Source: Octopus sinensis
Taxonomy: Eukaryota
DNA length: 64,000 nt
Direction of reading: 5' to 3'
Assembly (NCBI RefSeq): GCF_006345805.1
Contig: NW_021834237.1
Coordinates: 1-64,000 of the forward strand
Shown here: piece after piece, positions 13,230-26,040 of the stretch
Position numbering within the stretch: the first letter of the stretch is position 1
How the letters are laid out: the number at the start of each line of letters is the position of its first letter
Position numbers and translations under genes: made by a program
Notes under the pieces: generated by a model
What the model was told of the DNA's origin: nothing
The model's database searches: none
What the model saw: only the letters and a program-made list of their open reading frames with translations

Positions 13230-14565
13230 CACAATGTAACACATGTTTTATTTATTTGTATTTTTAATGTTCACATATGCATTTTTTGCCACTAAATTAA
13301 AAAATTACATTCGTTTTGACGTAACATCGATAGTTATTTATTTATTCCTAATTTCATATTTGCTCGTTATATTTGTAACTTTTCTCTACAGCACTTTGTT
13401 GGTTCAATCTATTCTGTATTGTAAGGATAATTACACAACATTTAGTACTTCTTCATATATTGAAAGGTATTTAGGAATTATAATATTAGTTAGAACAAAA
13501 AGAAACAATAAAACTCTGCACTGTAAATGCCTTGATAACTCTTTTCTTAAGATGAAAAGTGCTTTGACGATCGAAATTTTCTGGAGTGTATACCTTCATC
13601 TCTTCTGACTAGAGACCATATATAATCTCCCATCATAGCAGTATTCCATCGTCCTTGGTATCTTCTTTCCATAGTTGCGACGTCCTGATGAAATCTCTCA
13701 CCATGATCCTCACTTCATGGCGTTTCCAGTACACAGATGTCTTGCAGTCTTCCCCCAGTAGATTCCATTCCTTCAACCTTCATGAAAGTTCAGCTCCTGG
13801 CTTAGTAAGACCCAGATCCCTGATTAAATCATCTAGCACACTCTGATTTGGAAAGTGAGGCTCTGAAGTCGTTCATGGTACGAAAGCTTCCTCCATTTCT
13901 TGGCTGCTGCTACTTGTTGACTCTTCAGATGAAATATTTTCTGGTGGTAGTGATACTCGTAAACTGTCAGGTGCTCTAGATGATGGTATGTCTGGATACT
14001 GAAGGGATTGTCTTCTTTTCACTTTTCTGTACTTTGTCACATCGATCATATAAAAGTAACAGTCATCGTGATGGTTCTTTGGCTCCCTCCATACCCTTGG
14101 AATGGCAAAAAGCATTGACCTTCCTGTACCTCTTAACCATCATAGAGTAGACTGACAGCTTCCACATATCACATGTTTGTTCTGGTCACCCATGGGCATC
14201 CCGAAATAGTCTGTACGCTATCCACAATATAGCACCTTTCACGATCTTATGTAATACCTGCTTTTTTCCAATATAATAACCACACACATAGCAAAATGTA
14301 TCTGGAGAATTTTTACATACTTCAGTAGCCATCCTGAAAATAGTAGAACTTAGTAATTGGTCTGAAAGAGAAAATTAGACATACATTTAGTAGCGGAACA
14401 TTATAACAATACCGAATATATAATAACATTGAAAGTCGACATATTTTTTTAACTGTTGATGATACACAAAAAATAATTTCATTTTTGGAATCAGCAGAAA
14501 AAATGGATTGATAAACAATAAAAAAATACAATAAACAAATTTTTTTTGAAAATTGTTACGTTGTG
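13230..14565 (-). mobile_element. Chapaev3-type (CMC superfamily) DNA transposon, internally deleted, with intact ends
   Basis: TIRs CACAATGTAACA (13230) and TGTTACGTTGTG (ending 14565), TAA on both flanks (13227-13229 and 14566-14568), and a transposase relic inside. Confidence 0.82.
13548..14332 (-). pseudogene. Chapaev3-like transposase pseudogene
   Basis: MATEVCKNSPDTFCYVCG, FAIPRVWREPKNHHDDCY and EDHGERFHQDVATMERRYQGRW...DYIWSL; the central catalytic region is largely missing, with stops and frameshifts. Confidence 0.8.
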
Positions 14566-15274
14566 TAATCTGCAAAGCATGACATATACATTTTGCCTTG
14601 CGTGAACACTTGACCGTCTTGAGTGTCAGCATTACTGACTCTGTTCATTATTCAGAATGGGTCACTCCTATAGTTGCGGTTGTTGAAACTGACAAAACTT
14701 CGTTTGTACGGGAATTACAGAGTTCTCTATCCTTGACTAATATCTTGTCCCACGAAACGATAATTTGTATGCAAAGTTAAGGATGGATAAAAAATTCACA
14801 AAACTTAATTTTGAGGTCTGCATTGTTACAAGTGATACTGGGTGAAGATTTGAAACTACATCATAATCAAACCGCATAGTCATTATAGGTTCCGGCGCCT
14901 CAGTTTCTAGCTAAAGTCGGTCCCGAGTATCTGTCAATGTTATATGGAGAATCTGTTGATAGCATGAGACCGAGCATTAACATCGAGTTAACAGCATTTC
15001 GTTTTGCGTGTTCTCCTTCATAAGTGTAAGTTTATGACACCACTCGTCACCTGTCTAGGTTATGGATTGACTCCAAAACCCAGATTATGGACAAAATTTG
15101 CGCTTTTCTAGATGCATCAGCTCATCACAGTGCGAAGAAACTCAAAACAATTCTGGGATTTTTCCAGTTTTACTCTCGGTATGTTCCGAACGATAGGGTC
15201 TAGAAAGACAGGAGTGTCCGGCTAGATGACGGTACGCACCACCCTAAACATTAGGTCACAGATTTATATACATA

Positions 15275-15588
15275 CTAGCAGTATCGCCCGGCGTTGCTCG
15301 GGTTTGTAATGGAAATAACTATAAAGCATTCTTAGAGAGTTATAGCCAAAAAATAGCAAAAAAAATGCATTAAAAATGGAAAAAAAATTATGGTAAATTT
15401 CTTTTTAAATCGTTGACTCATCGTAGACATTTTTAGAGAGTTACTTCCCTTAAATATGCCAAAAATGCATTAAAATGGGGAAAATTGATGGTAATTTTTT
15501 TTTTAAATCGTAGACTCATCGTAGACGCGCGCTAATACCCAGAAGGGATCGATATGAATCACGACTATAAGATACCCGGTTTTGGTTA
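15275..15588 (-). mobile_element. non-autonomous Helitron (family H1), 5'-truncated
   Basis: Reverse complement ends CCCGAGCAACGCCGGGCGATACTGCTAG (hairpin plus CTAG). Confidence 0.85.
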
Positions 15589-16333
15589 TAAAAGGCTTCA
15601 AAAGTCTTGCGTGATGCTGTTTGACCTGGAGAATTAGAAATGAACATAAATACAGACAGACGACAATGTCACTCTCTTCAGATATTTCTCTTGGACCTTC
15701 TTTATGTGTCGCCCTTTAAACTCCTTTAAAGCACCTCTCTTCTACTTTCCTTTGTATTTTAGTTGCTCCCTGTGTGTGTGTGTGTGTGTGTGTGTGCACG
15801 CGCGCGAATGCAAGTGCGTGACAGAGAAGAGATGTGTATAGGAGAGGCCTAGAGAGAATAGGAAGTTTGAGAAAATAGGAATACACGAGAGAAGAGAAAA
15901 AAGATGGAAGTGAGAGAAAGAGAGGCAGAAGAGAAAAAGGGAGGGGAAAGAGAGAAAGAGAAGAAGGAGAGGGAAAAGGGACAGGGAGGAAAGAAAAGGA
16001 GGTGGAAGAGAGAAAAAGAGGGAGTCATTTCTCTTGCTTGCTGACATCTGTGGGTTGTATTCCCTCTCCCCACATCGTATTTCTATGTTCGCGATGACAG
16101 ATGCCGGATGCAAATTCATCTTCACGTCATTTCAACCAATCACTCATCACCTTTGCAATCTCCCCCCCTCTCTCTCTCGCTCTCTCTCGCTCTCTCTCGC
16201 TCTTCCTCACAGATTCAAATCTTTCTCTAGACCTTACTCTCTCCTCTCATTTCTCTCTCTCTTTCTCTCACCTCTCTCGTATTAATTCGCTTTCCTGTCG
16301 TTCTCTTATTCTTCCCTGTCTGTCTCTCTGTCT

Positions 16334-16366
<33 letters not shown>

Positions 16367-17115
16367 CCAGCTCGTCTCTCCCTTCTTCTCACGTTCTCTT
16401 TCTTTCTCTTCTTGTCCATCATCCTGTTCACTCAGTTTTCTTCTCTCAGCGAACTCAGTCTACAAGTAAAAAGCATGAACATCTCAAATTCCCATTTCCA
16501 CAATTTTCCAAAATTTTCGTGTTTTCATATTCTTTATTCTTTCAATAGTTCCAGTCATTGGACCGTGACATGCTGCGACACAACTTTCAATTTTTTTTTC
16601 GAGTCGATGATATCGAAGTTAGTATTATGTCTAGCATATTTTATCGATCTCTAATTAGCGAATGACTAATAATTGGAAGGCAATAAATACCAGAAGACAT
16701 TTTGTGTTTTGATGCATCAATTTATCGGCAATCCTTTGCTACTACCAACCACCACCACCAACCACCACCAAAACCACCACCAAAGCCACCACCACCACCA
16801 CCACCACCACCACTACCACCACCAAAACCACCACCACCACCACCACCACTACCACCACCACCACCATCACAAAAATGTACATGGAAACTGATTTTGGAAG
16901 AGTAAATAAAACTGTGTTAGAATAAACGAAGCAGTCCTTGAAATTCATTCTATAAAACAACACCCCAATCGTCATATTGGCCCAACGGTATCGAAAACAA
17001 AAACAAATACAAATTTATCCACTTCGACACAGAATATTATTAAATGTCCATCAACCAGAATTTTTTTTATGACGCCATCAATTTCGCCAGAAAAATAATT
17101 AATATCATACACATA

Positions 17116-17524
17116 GGCGCAGGAGTGGCTGTGTGGTAAGTAGCTTGCTAACCAACCACATGGTTCCGGGTTCAGTCCCACTGCGTGGCATCTTGGGCAA
17201 GTGTCTTCTGCTATAGCCCCGGACCGACCAATGCCTTGTGAGTGGATTTGGTAGACGGAAACTGAAAGAAGCCTGTCGTATATATGTATATATATATGTG
17301 TATGTGTGTGTTTGTGTGTCTGTGTTTGTCCCCCTAGCATTACTTGACAACCGATGCTGGTGTGTTTACGTCCCCGTTACCTAGCGGTTCGGCAAAACAG
17401 ATCGATAGAATAAGTACTGAGCTTACAAAGAATAAGTCCCGGGGTCGATTTGCTCGACTAAAAGGCGGTGCTCCAGCATGGCCGCAGTCAAATGACTGAA
17501 ACAAGTAAAAGAGAGTAAAAGAGA

Positions 17525-17525
<1 letters not shown>
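17116..17525 (+). mobile_element. SINE family A, full length
   Basis: A/B boxes, internal microsatellite and GAGTAAAA tail. Confidence 0.9.
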
Positions 17526-17571
<46 letters not shown>

Positions 17572-17910
17572 TATATAATATATTATAATATATATATATA
17601 ATGTATATATATGTAACGGTAGAGTCATCAATTTGTAATCGATGCCTGTTATGGTGCAACGTCGGGATCGCCAATTTGTAACGGTAGAAGTTTATTTTTG
17701 TAACGGTTGAAATTAATTGATTGCCATTATGTAAAGATGAAAGAACAGTGATTGAAGTTGAAAAGAAAATATTTATTTTACCGTTACATTGCAACATACC
17801 TTGCCTGGACGGGCAGGGGATAAAATCGTAAAGCATGCGAAGTAAAGATAGATGTCGTAGATTTTCCTTGTATAGTTTGTGTTTGTGTTCTCGTCATTGT
17901 ATAGTAGTAA

Positions 17911-18303
17911 TCTTTATATATAAAAGTGAGGTTGTGTGCTGTCTGTCTCCTACGATTTAGATTCCTAACTACTCCCACATTTTGCGGTGCAGTTTAACGA
18001 AAACCAGGTATCTTAGTCGTGATTCATATCGAGCCCTTCTGGGTATTAGCGCGCGTCTACGATGAGTCTACGATTTAAAAAAAAATTACCATCATTTTTT
18101 CCCATTTTTAATGCATTTTTGGCATATATAAGGGAAGTAACTCTCTAAAAATTTATTATTAAATCTCAGAACGTAAAAAGCTACAGTAACACCCCCCCTT
18201 TGTGGTTAGCCATATTGAGATGGCTATTATACTTTACATCTCTAAAAATGCTTATATAGTTACTTCCCTTACAAACCCGAGCAACGCCAGGCGATACTGC
18301 TAG
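17911..18303 (+). mobile_element. non-autonomous Helitron H1, complete
   Basis: 5' TC (TCTTTATATATAAAAGTG), 3' hairpin plus CTAG, inserted between A and T. Confidence 0.9.
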
Positions 18304-18324
18304 TTACAGATAGAAATAGAATGA

Positions 18325-18567
18325 TGTTGTAAAAGAAAAGAAATTGAGCTAGTGAAAGTTGTAGAGTCGAGGGAAGTCGGGTCTCATAGTTGTTGACTGT
18401 AAACTTCTTTCTCCCTCTGACCATTTGTCTATATAAGCTGCCTGCTTGTGGCCCTGACTAGCTGTCCGTTCACTAACTGATGGTCACTCCTCTAACTCGG
18501 GTTCTCACTAACTCGAGTTGTCTCTAACTGACTTTTACTTGGGGGTTCTTGTTTTTATAACTATCCA
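18325..18567 (+). mobile_element. possible solo LTR
   Basis: TG...CA ends, internal TATATAA, short CTAACT repeats; no TSD found. Confidence 0.3.
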
Positions 18568-20019
18568 GAAGGATAGATATATCGTTGAGAACTATGGATT
18601 TCGTTGGTGGTACTTGTTATCTTAATTCTATCTTTTTGTGAAATAGAAGAAGTTAGAAGGGTCAAGTGGCGAAGACATTATTTTGCTTAGCTAAGGCATC
18701 TGGCAAATGTAAACTGCTGTCACAGAAAGACTATTGTTTTACCATAAGAAAAGTGCTTTTGAAGTGTTAATTTAAATTTGGTTATCTAAAGTCGAATCTG
18801 CTTCATGCCTGCAAGATCCACTATATTATATATATATTATATATATATATATATTATATATATATATTATAAATATTATATATATTGGTAAAAAAGGTAA
18901 GAACCCGAGTTAGAGGAGTGACCATCAGTTAGTGAACATTGTAGTACGCTGTTTAACCAAAATTACACCCTTATCATTGGACAAGTATATCTAGGACTAT
19001 ATTATCGGACATAGTATATCTAGAGCAACGTTATCATATTTTTTCAGTCTGCTTTATCAGACTTACACCGAAGATTAATTATCGAACATTTCTATCTTGG
19101 ACTACATTAACAAACGAAATGAAAGGCATTTAGCTGCTGATTGTAACAATTCTCCGGAGAAGATAATTTCCTTTTTTCACTAGTCGTGAGAAGAACCGTT
19201 GGGTGGTCGATGGACCTGGGAGAAATAGCTTAAAATTCCGATCAAACTACAACCTGCCATCTTGTAAACAGACAACACATGAGGTGGTGTAGTCTTGGCT
19301 GTATTAAATAAAATAAGATGGTCATGCCTAGAACGCTTTGATCTTAGGTATTCTCGAAAACAACAATAACAACAACGAAAAATAGTACTTTGGTTAATTG
19401 TTTGAGTTGTTTATGCCTGACCAAGCTGGTCCTGATCGAGTAAAACAATGAACACGGGCATTGTAAACGAGACCATTCTGCCAATCCTCAGCATTGCGTA
19501 TCAAGAACTACACTATATCCTTCATTTTCTCTTTCAAAGACAGTCGGATGTTTTGAAGGATATTTAGCTGTTATTTCTACAGAAAGAGGGAACAAAATGA
19601 TTCCCTCATAGTGCGGTTATTCGTGTTGTTTTTAATCCCAGGATTAAGATAACCTATGATCAAAAGCATTCTGGTCCCATCTCGCCTTTTCTTCTTATAC
19701 AAGATCATGGCTGGACTGTCATAAATTATAAGTGGACTATGATAGGGTTCGACTTAGGGTTAAACAACAATTATATTGCATATTTCGCCAGTTCAAATAT
19801 CGTCTGTTCCTGTATCTTGTTTTATCTTTCTTTCCTTTTCAACCCTCTCTTTCATTATGCACTAATTTATCTCGGACTAATCTTGGACTAGTATATCATA
19901 GTAAAAAAGTTTGACTCTTGTACTCTACAGCCTTCTTCAAGCATTCGATATTTTCGAAATTTAAAACAAACCCTTCATTAAATTCCAACACTCATCTTCC
20001 CCCTTCGTTGTTCACACGA

Positions 20020-20830
20020 AGAACATTCTCCTTGTTAGTTATTCTACTACTTGTGATGCCGCAACCTTCTTGTTTCAACCAGGCTTGACTGCCCTAGAGA
20101 TTGAACTCAGGCCCACCAGCTAGACTACTACTTGATGCTAGCATATATTTGTTATTGACACATTTGACATTAACGGAGTGGAAATGAATCACTTTAAACT
20201 TAAGCCCTTTTTCATAACGGTCATAGGTTTAATGGTCTTTCTTAATTAAGCACCCCCACCCATTATGGTGTGTTAGATCTATCGAGATGGTTATCAAAGC
20301 CCAGCGCATGCGCTGATTCTTTCAGTCGTCTTACCTTATCAATGTTCCCTATATTATCTTAATCACTGATTACGGCTTTATGATGTCCTTTTAGTATTAC
20401 TTTTTAAGGGAGCAGCTAGTCTCACCTTTATATTCACTGTCACAATTTCATAGAATAGACTACATTCAGCTCTTGATCATGGTCTGACCTGATGGAGGAT
20501 TTGTTCGTGTGAAATGATTCCGGAGGGAAGACATGATTTTAGATACTGTCTTGATGTTGTCTGTACCGCAAATGCTCTGAATTTTTTTCTGAAATGCCTC
20601 TATTATAAGGTAGACAGACCGTGGCAGTTTTTTTCTAATTTTTACTAATTCTCTATCCTTATATCTCTGCTCTTGAGAACTAATGCGACGTTGCTTGTTG
20701 GGTAGTTGTTTCTTTGAAGTATAACAAACTAACGGCATTACAAGTAGTAGAATGACCAATGGAGAATAACCTTGGTATGGATAACAGAAAGAAGACAATC
20801 TACTCACATAAGAATACAAATAGGTTCAGT
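20020..20830 (-). pseudogene. Penelope-like element 3' relic (linker plus GIY-YIG)
   Basis: Across frameshifts: VCLPYNRGISEK/IQSICGTDNIKTVSK..SLRNHFTR, NVVYS/NCDSEYKGETS and RLKESAHALG. Confidence 0.6.
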
Positions 20831-20897
20831 TTTAAATTCTAAGGACATTGCCGAATACGATAGGAACTAGAAGGCCGAAATGTCATAACTATAACAA

Positions 20898-21013
20898 CAA
20901 TACATACATACATACATACATACATACATACATACATACATACATACATACATACATACATACATAATACATACATACATACATACATACATACATACCA
21001 ATACATACATTAC

Positions 21014-21044
<31 letters not shown>

Positions 21045-21380
21045 CATACATACTTACATACATACATACATACATAATACATACATATATATAAAATACA
21101 TAATACATACACATACATACATACATACATAAAATTACATACATACAACTACATACATATATATATAAATACATAAATACTAACATACATACATACATAC
21201 ATACATACATAAAATACAACTAATATATATATAAATACATACATACATACATACATACATACATACACTACTTACATACATACATAAATACTACATACAT
21301 ACATACATACAGACATATATATATAAATACATACATACATACATACATACATACATACATACATACACTCATACATACAT
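20898..21380. repeat. (TACA)n microsatellite
   Basis: Read directly from the sequence. Confidence 0.95.
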
Positions 21381-21599
21381 ATGAAAAATCTTGGTGGTGA
21401 AAAGTGAAGAGAACAGCGTCGTATGTGTTAGCAGTGAGCTCCTCAGAAAATACTCTCTCCCTGACGACTTTCTATATAACACCAATAAAAACTGGACTAA
21501 AATACCCCGAAGAAGACTTGGATGTAAAAATGCTCAGCCTATCAAACAGAGACTCTACATGAGCATCTTTTCCGAAGAACTGATGATGACCCTAATATC

Positions 21600-22490
21600 A
21601 ACATGACGTGCAGCCTTTTTGGATCGCTGTATTACATCACATTTCGAAGTCTAGGCATTTGTAATTCAAGCGTAGGAGATTGCTTCAAAATGCTTAATAA
21701 ACAAAAGAGATGACAAAACCCTTCGAGCTTCAAAATACAACGGAAAATGTCAATTATGTCACATCTCAATGGAAGACATCATACATGTGATCAACCGCTG
21801 ATCAAAACAGTCATCAATGTGGCATGACGTTGTTGCTGAAACAATATACAATGCTATCCGAAAAAAAATTAAAAACTGTTCTGGCATAAACATAGAGAAA
21901 TCTCCAGTTGTTGAATGCATACATAAACATTTACATAAAAAAATTCCCCCTCAAAATTCTCCCGAATGCATACATAAAAGGCCGGATATAGTTGTTTGAG
22001 ACAGGCAAGAGAAAATCTTTATATATAAAAGTGAAGTTGTGTGTCTGTCTCCTACGATTTAGATTCCTAACTACTCCCACATTTTGCGGTGCAGTGTAAC
22101 CAAAACCGGGTATCTTATAGTCGTGATTCATATCGAGCCCTTCTGGGTATTAGCGCGCGGTCTACGATGAGTTACGATTTTAAAAATAATTTACCATCAT
22201 TTTTTCCATTTTGATGCATTTTTTCGCTATTATATAAGGGAAGTAACTCTCTAAAAATGTCTACGATGAGTCAACGATTTAAAAAAAAAATTACCATAAT
22301 TTTTTTCCATTTTTAATGCATTTTTTGCTATTATATAAGGGAAGTAACTCTCTAAAAATGCTTAGATAGTTATTTCCCTTACAAACCCGAGCAACGCCGG
22401 GCGATACTGCTAGTATTATATGTACTGTCCTAGAATCAGCAGCTGATGTGAATATCTTTTCGAAAATCAAAGAGAACTTCAGCTTCTACA
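21600..22490 (+). pseudogene. RLE-type (R2/NeSL/HERO-like) non-LTR C-terminal relic interrupted by a Helitron
   Basis: CITSHFE..AFVIQ..EIASKCLINKR, GKCQLCHISMEDIIHV (CCHC knuckle), HDVVAETIYNAI and HKRPDIVV; the reading resumes after 22413 with CTVLE..ADVNI. Confidence 0.7.
22016..22413 (+). mobile_element. non-autonomous Helitron H1, complete, with internal ~100-bp duplication
   Basis: A|TC start, hairpin plus CTAG|T end. Confidence 0.9.
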
Positions 22491-23285
22491 TTTAGTTTCT
22501 ATTAAAAAATCACATTTATACCAATAATAATTGGTGTACTCGGTTTTGTTAAAAGCCTGACTGGCAATCTGGAAATCTTGTGCTTTTCAGAAAACGAAAC
22601 AGCCCGGCTGAAACGCACATAGTACAGTCTGTAAGCGGATCAGGAAAAAGATGCGAAATTTCCATACGTGACTTTGTTTTGTCATCTCCATTCCAAGGAT
22701 GAAGCTTTGTATGTTTGCTAGAAACAAGCTCTTTCCTTACAAAACGATTTAAAATAATTAAAAACAGAAGAGAAAATACACCCCGCGCACACTCAATGCT
22801 CTTCACCCTCGCCATGACTGCTCTACAATCTCTCCTCCTAACTAAAATATCATTTTCTTTTAAATACCGAAAACATTCAAACCCGTGGCATATTACTGGT
22901 ATTTGATGCATCCATCAAACGGAAGAAAGAATCACGGAAGTTAATGTCATCCACCCCATTTTCACTTCACTACATGACAGCGTTTCTCAAATTTAAGTGC
23001 ACCAAAGAAACCAAAACAAAAAAGATGAAAGGTAGCCATATACAATGAAATTGTGATAAACTAGACAGCCGATCGTGACTATTCTGGATAATATAAGCAC
23101 ACACATGCATAACTGAGTGGTTAAGAAGTTTGTTTCGTAAACATGACTTCTGGGATAAATTCAACTGCATGTCATCTTGGGCAAGTTTCTTCATCATAGC
23201 TTCGGATCGACCCATACCTTGTGTGGAAATTGTGACTGTCAGAGGGATCGTACTTGTAATTCAAAGGTCAAGTCTCATCATATAC

Positions 23286-23771
23286 AATGATATGCATAAG
23301 ATCTGGTCATCAAATCTAAGTAGAGATTTCAAACTTGAAATCTTCAAAGCCACAGTCGAACCAATTCTACTATATGGCTCAGAAACCTGGACGTTATCAA
23401 AGAAGCTTGAGAGGCGGTTGGATGGAACCTACACTCGCCTCCTTATGAGAGCTCAAAATCTCTCGTGGAAGCGTCATCCAACCAAAATGCAAATATATGG
23501 GAAACTACCACCTGTGTCATCTCTTGTGAAAGGTAAGAGAGTCCAGTTTGCTGGACATTGTTGTAGAGCTGAAAAAGAGATAATTTATACTCTTCTCCTC
23601 TGGAAGCCATCTACTCGCAATACTAGAGGGCACAAACTCTCCTACCCTGATGTAATCTCCAGGGATACAGGCATCCAGCAACAGGACCTCCGTAATGCCA
23701 TGATGGACCGTGAAGTCTGGCGTAGCATGGTAAATTCCATTGTCTCGACCACGTTCGAACAATGATGATGA
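23286..23771 (+). mobile_element. 5'-truncated RTE-X-like LINE 3' end with 55-bp target-site duplication
   Basis: FKATVEPILLYGSETW, VQFAGHCCRA and MMDREVWR; (TGA)n tail; flanks 23231-23285 and 23772-23826 identical except at one base. Confidence 0.85.
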
Positions 23772-24810
23772 TGTGACTGTCAGAGGGACCGTACTTGTAA
23801 TTCAAAGGTCAAGTCTCATCATATACTATGAAGCTGATTCTATTGGGGAATTTTGTTCAGGATATGAATGCAGTCTCTCGTAGTCCGACGAAGATGGTTC
23901 TCCAATTATTTGTCGAAGAACCTGCACAAATGATTTGTTTGTAGTGTTCAAACGCTTGTGCTGTTCGTTAGCTCACTTTCTCCATGAAATCGACTTTGAC
24001 TGAATAGGTTCAAGGTTTGCCACATGTCAGGTGTCGAAGTGATCACAGAGCAACGTGAAATGAAATGTCTTGCTCAAGAACATAATGCATTGTACGGGAT
24101 CAAAGCCACGGTCTTGCAGCCATGAGTTCAGCACCATAACGACTAAGGCATTTACCCACGCCGTTCAGGATGTGTGTGTGTGTATGGAGGGAGTATACGT
24201 ATCTGTGGAATCCACAGCCACCTACGAATTAATTTAATGAGTCGGACGTTCAGTTGCTTTCAACAACTGAACGCTCAGTGTCGAAACCATCAGTCAGACT
24301 AACAGAAATTTAACAGGACAGGATGTTCATAGTTGGAATGTGTTTGATTATGGATCTACTCAGAATCGACCGAGGGTTAAACAGCAACTGGAACTCACTT
24401 TATCAATTCACTAATTGCTGAAGGTCAGATTCGTGATTGTCTGGCTGAATGTCAACTTAGAAACCCGAGAAACTGTATTACATAATCTAAGGTACTTTAC
24501 TTCTCCAACCCGGCAGCATTTCTTCTGCCCCGTTTTAACACGAATGTCACTTGCTTTCAGTCTTCCTCGAAAACATTTCTTATTTACCGTCGCCATTTCT
24601 TTTATTTGCTCCTCGTCTGTGGACGTTGTGCAAAATGACCGACTGACAGCGAGAGCAGTGAGTCACAAGCTACGTAAGGGAATATGTCGTGTAAGGAAAT
24701 CTCTTTTCTCTTGTGGTTTACTCGCGATACTGTGAATATGGTGTGTCTCTCTTTGTCTGTCTGTCTTTTTCGCCATTCCTCATTCTCTTTTCTTCTTCCT
24801 TTTATTTTAC

Positions 24811-24819
<9 letters not shown>

Positions 24820-24891
<72 letters not shown>

Positions 24892-24954
24892 CATCTATCC
24901 ATCTATCTATCTAAGATCTATCTATCTATCTATCTACCTATCTATCTATTATCT

Positions 24955-24990
<36 letters not shown>

Positions 24991-25060
24991 CCTATCTATC
25001 TATCTAATCTATCTATCTATCACTATCATCTATCTATCTATCTATCTTCTATCTCTTCTC
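24820..25060. repeat. (TATC)n microsatellite
   Basis: Read directly from the sequence. Confidence 0.95.
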
Positions 25061-25243
25061 ACACTCTGACTTTTCTTCTTTATTCATCTGTGTGGGTGTG
25101 TGTGTGGTGTGTGTATATATATACATACACACACACAAAAACACACAAAGCATACATATATATATATATATATATATCTGTAAGTACTAATATACATATA
25201 TATATACATATATATTATCTATATATAATCTACGTATATAATT

Positions 25244-25274
<31 letters not shown>

Positions 25275-25681
25275 CTATAGTGTGAATATATATATTATTG
25301 GTGTTTGGTGTGTGTGTGTGTGTGTGTAAAATTATATATATATATATTTACTCATGACTTTCTTATTGCCCAATCTTCTCTTCCCTTTCCCTTTATATAT
25401 CCCCCCTTAACACCGCTTCTTGCTTTTTTTTTCTGTGCTTCATGAATATATTTATTGCGTCGGTTTTGTGCGGTTGTGGTTGGCCAATATCTCTGTTGTA
25501 CGAACGATGTCGGGTTATCTCAGTCATTTCCTGAATCGCATGTCCCTTCTATTTTCTCTTAATTTGTATCCTTTAACCACATACACACACACGTATATAT
25601 AGATATTATATATTATATATAATATATATATATATACACATCTGTATATATGCATATGTATATTATAATATATATATATAT

Positions 25682-25737
<56 letters not shown>

Positions 25738-25789
25738 CAGGATATATATAGCATATGCCTATATATATATATGTATATATATATATGTA

Positions 25790-26000
25790 AAAACTTACTT
25801 GGAGAACAGAAAAGAAACATTTCGTTGTTAAAAAAAAAGTCCGTTTCCATGTTTGTTTTTACGTTTTCGTTTCTCGTGAGTTCTACGTCTATTTGTGGTA
25901 TCCTGTACTCAAATATATATATTATATATGCATGTATATATACATGTAAATGTAGGTTCGTACATATATGTATGTAAGTATGCATATATTTTATTTATTA
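25790..26000 (+). mobile_element. probable PLE pLTR-derived repeat (family P2)
   Basis: Shares GAGTTCTACGTCT..TTGTGGTATCCTGTACTC and the TACTTGGAG motif with copies at 43590-43890, 55186-55530 and 62100-62400; flanked by (TA)n. PLE assignment is inference. Confidence 0.55.

Positions 26001-26040
<40 letters not shown>

Larger units (their letters stand above)
11750..15200 (+). mobile_element. highly decayed Ty3/Gypsy LTR-retrotransposon internal region, split by a SINE and a Chapaev insertion
   Basis: gag-like YDELFLVLKENYN and QRPG..ISDYIGWLKNISKFCGF (~11790-11950); knuckle-like KHSPDSCHYKE (~12120-12200); protease-like VHIEINGRHIEV and GSILLGRNWLQ (~12800-13080); RT-like YSEWVTPIVAV, LYAKL...KFTKL and LKTILGFFQFYSRYVP (~14640-15190). 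Confidence 0.75.

Noticed and set aside
16123-16142. CACGTCA and CCAATCA motifs as a promoter
   Set aside because: Short motifs flanked by microsatellites with no associated exon.
24410-24486. Plus-strand peptide EGQIRDCLAECQLRNPRNCIT* as a Cys-rich exon
   Set aside because: Too short, weak acceptor, and no recognisable family.
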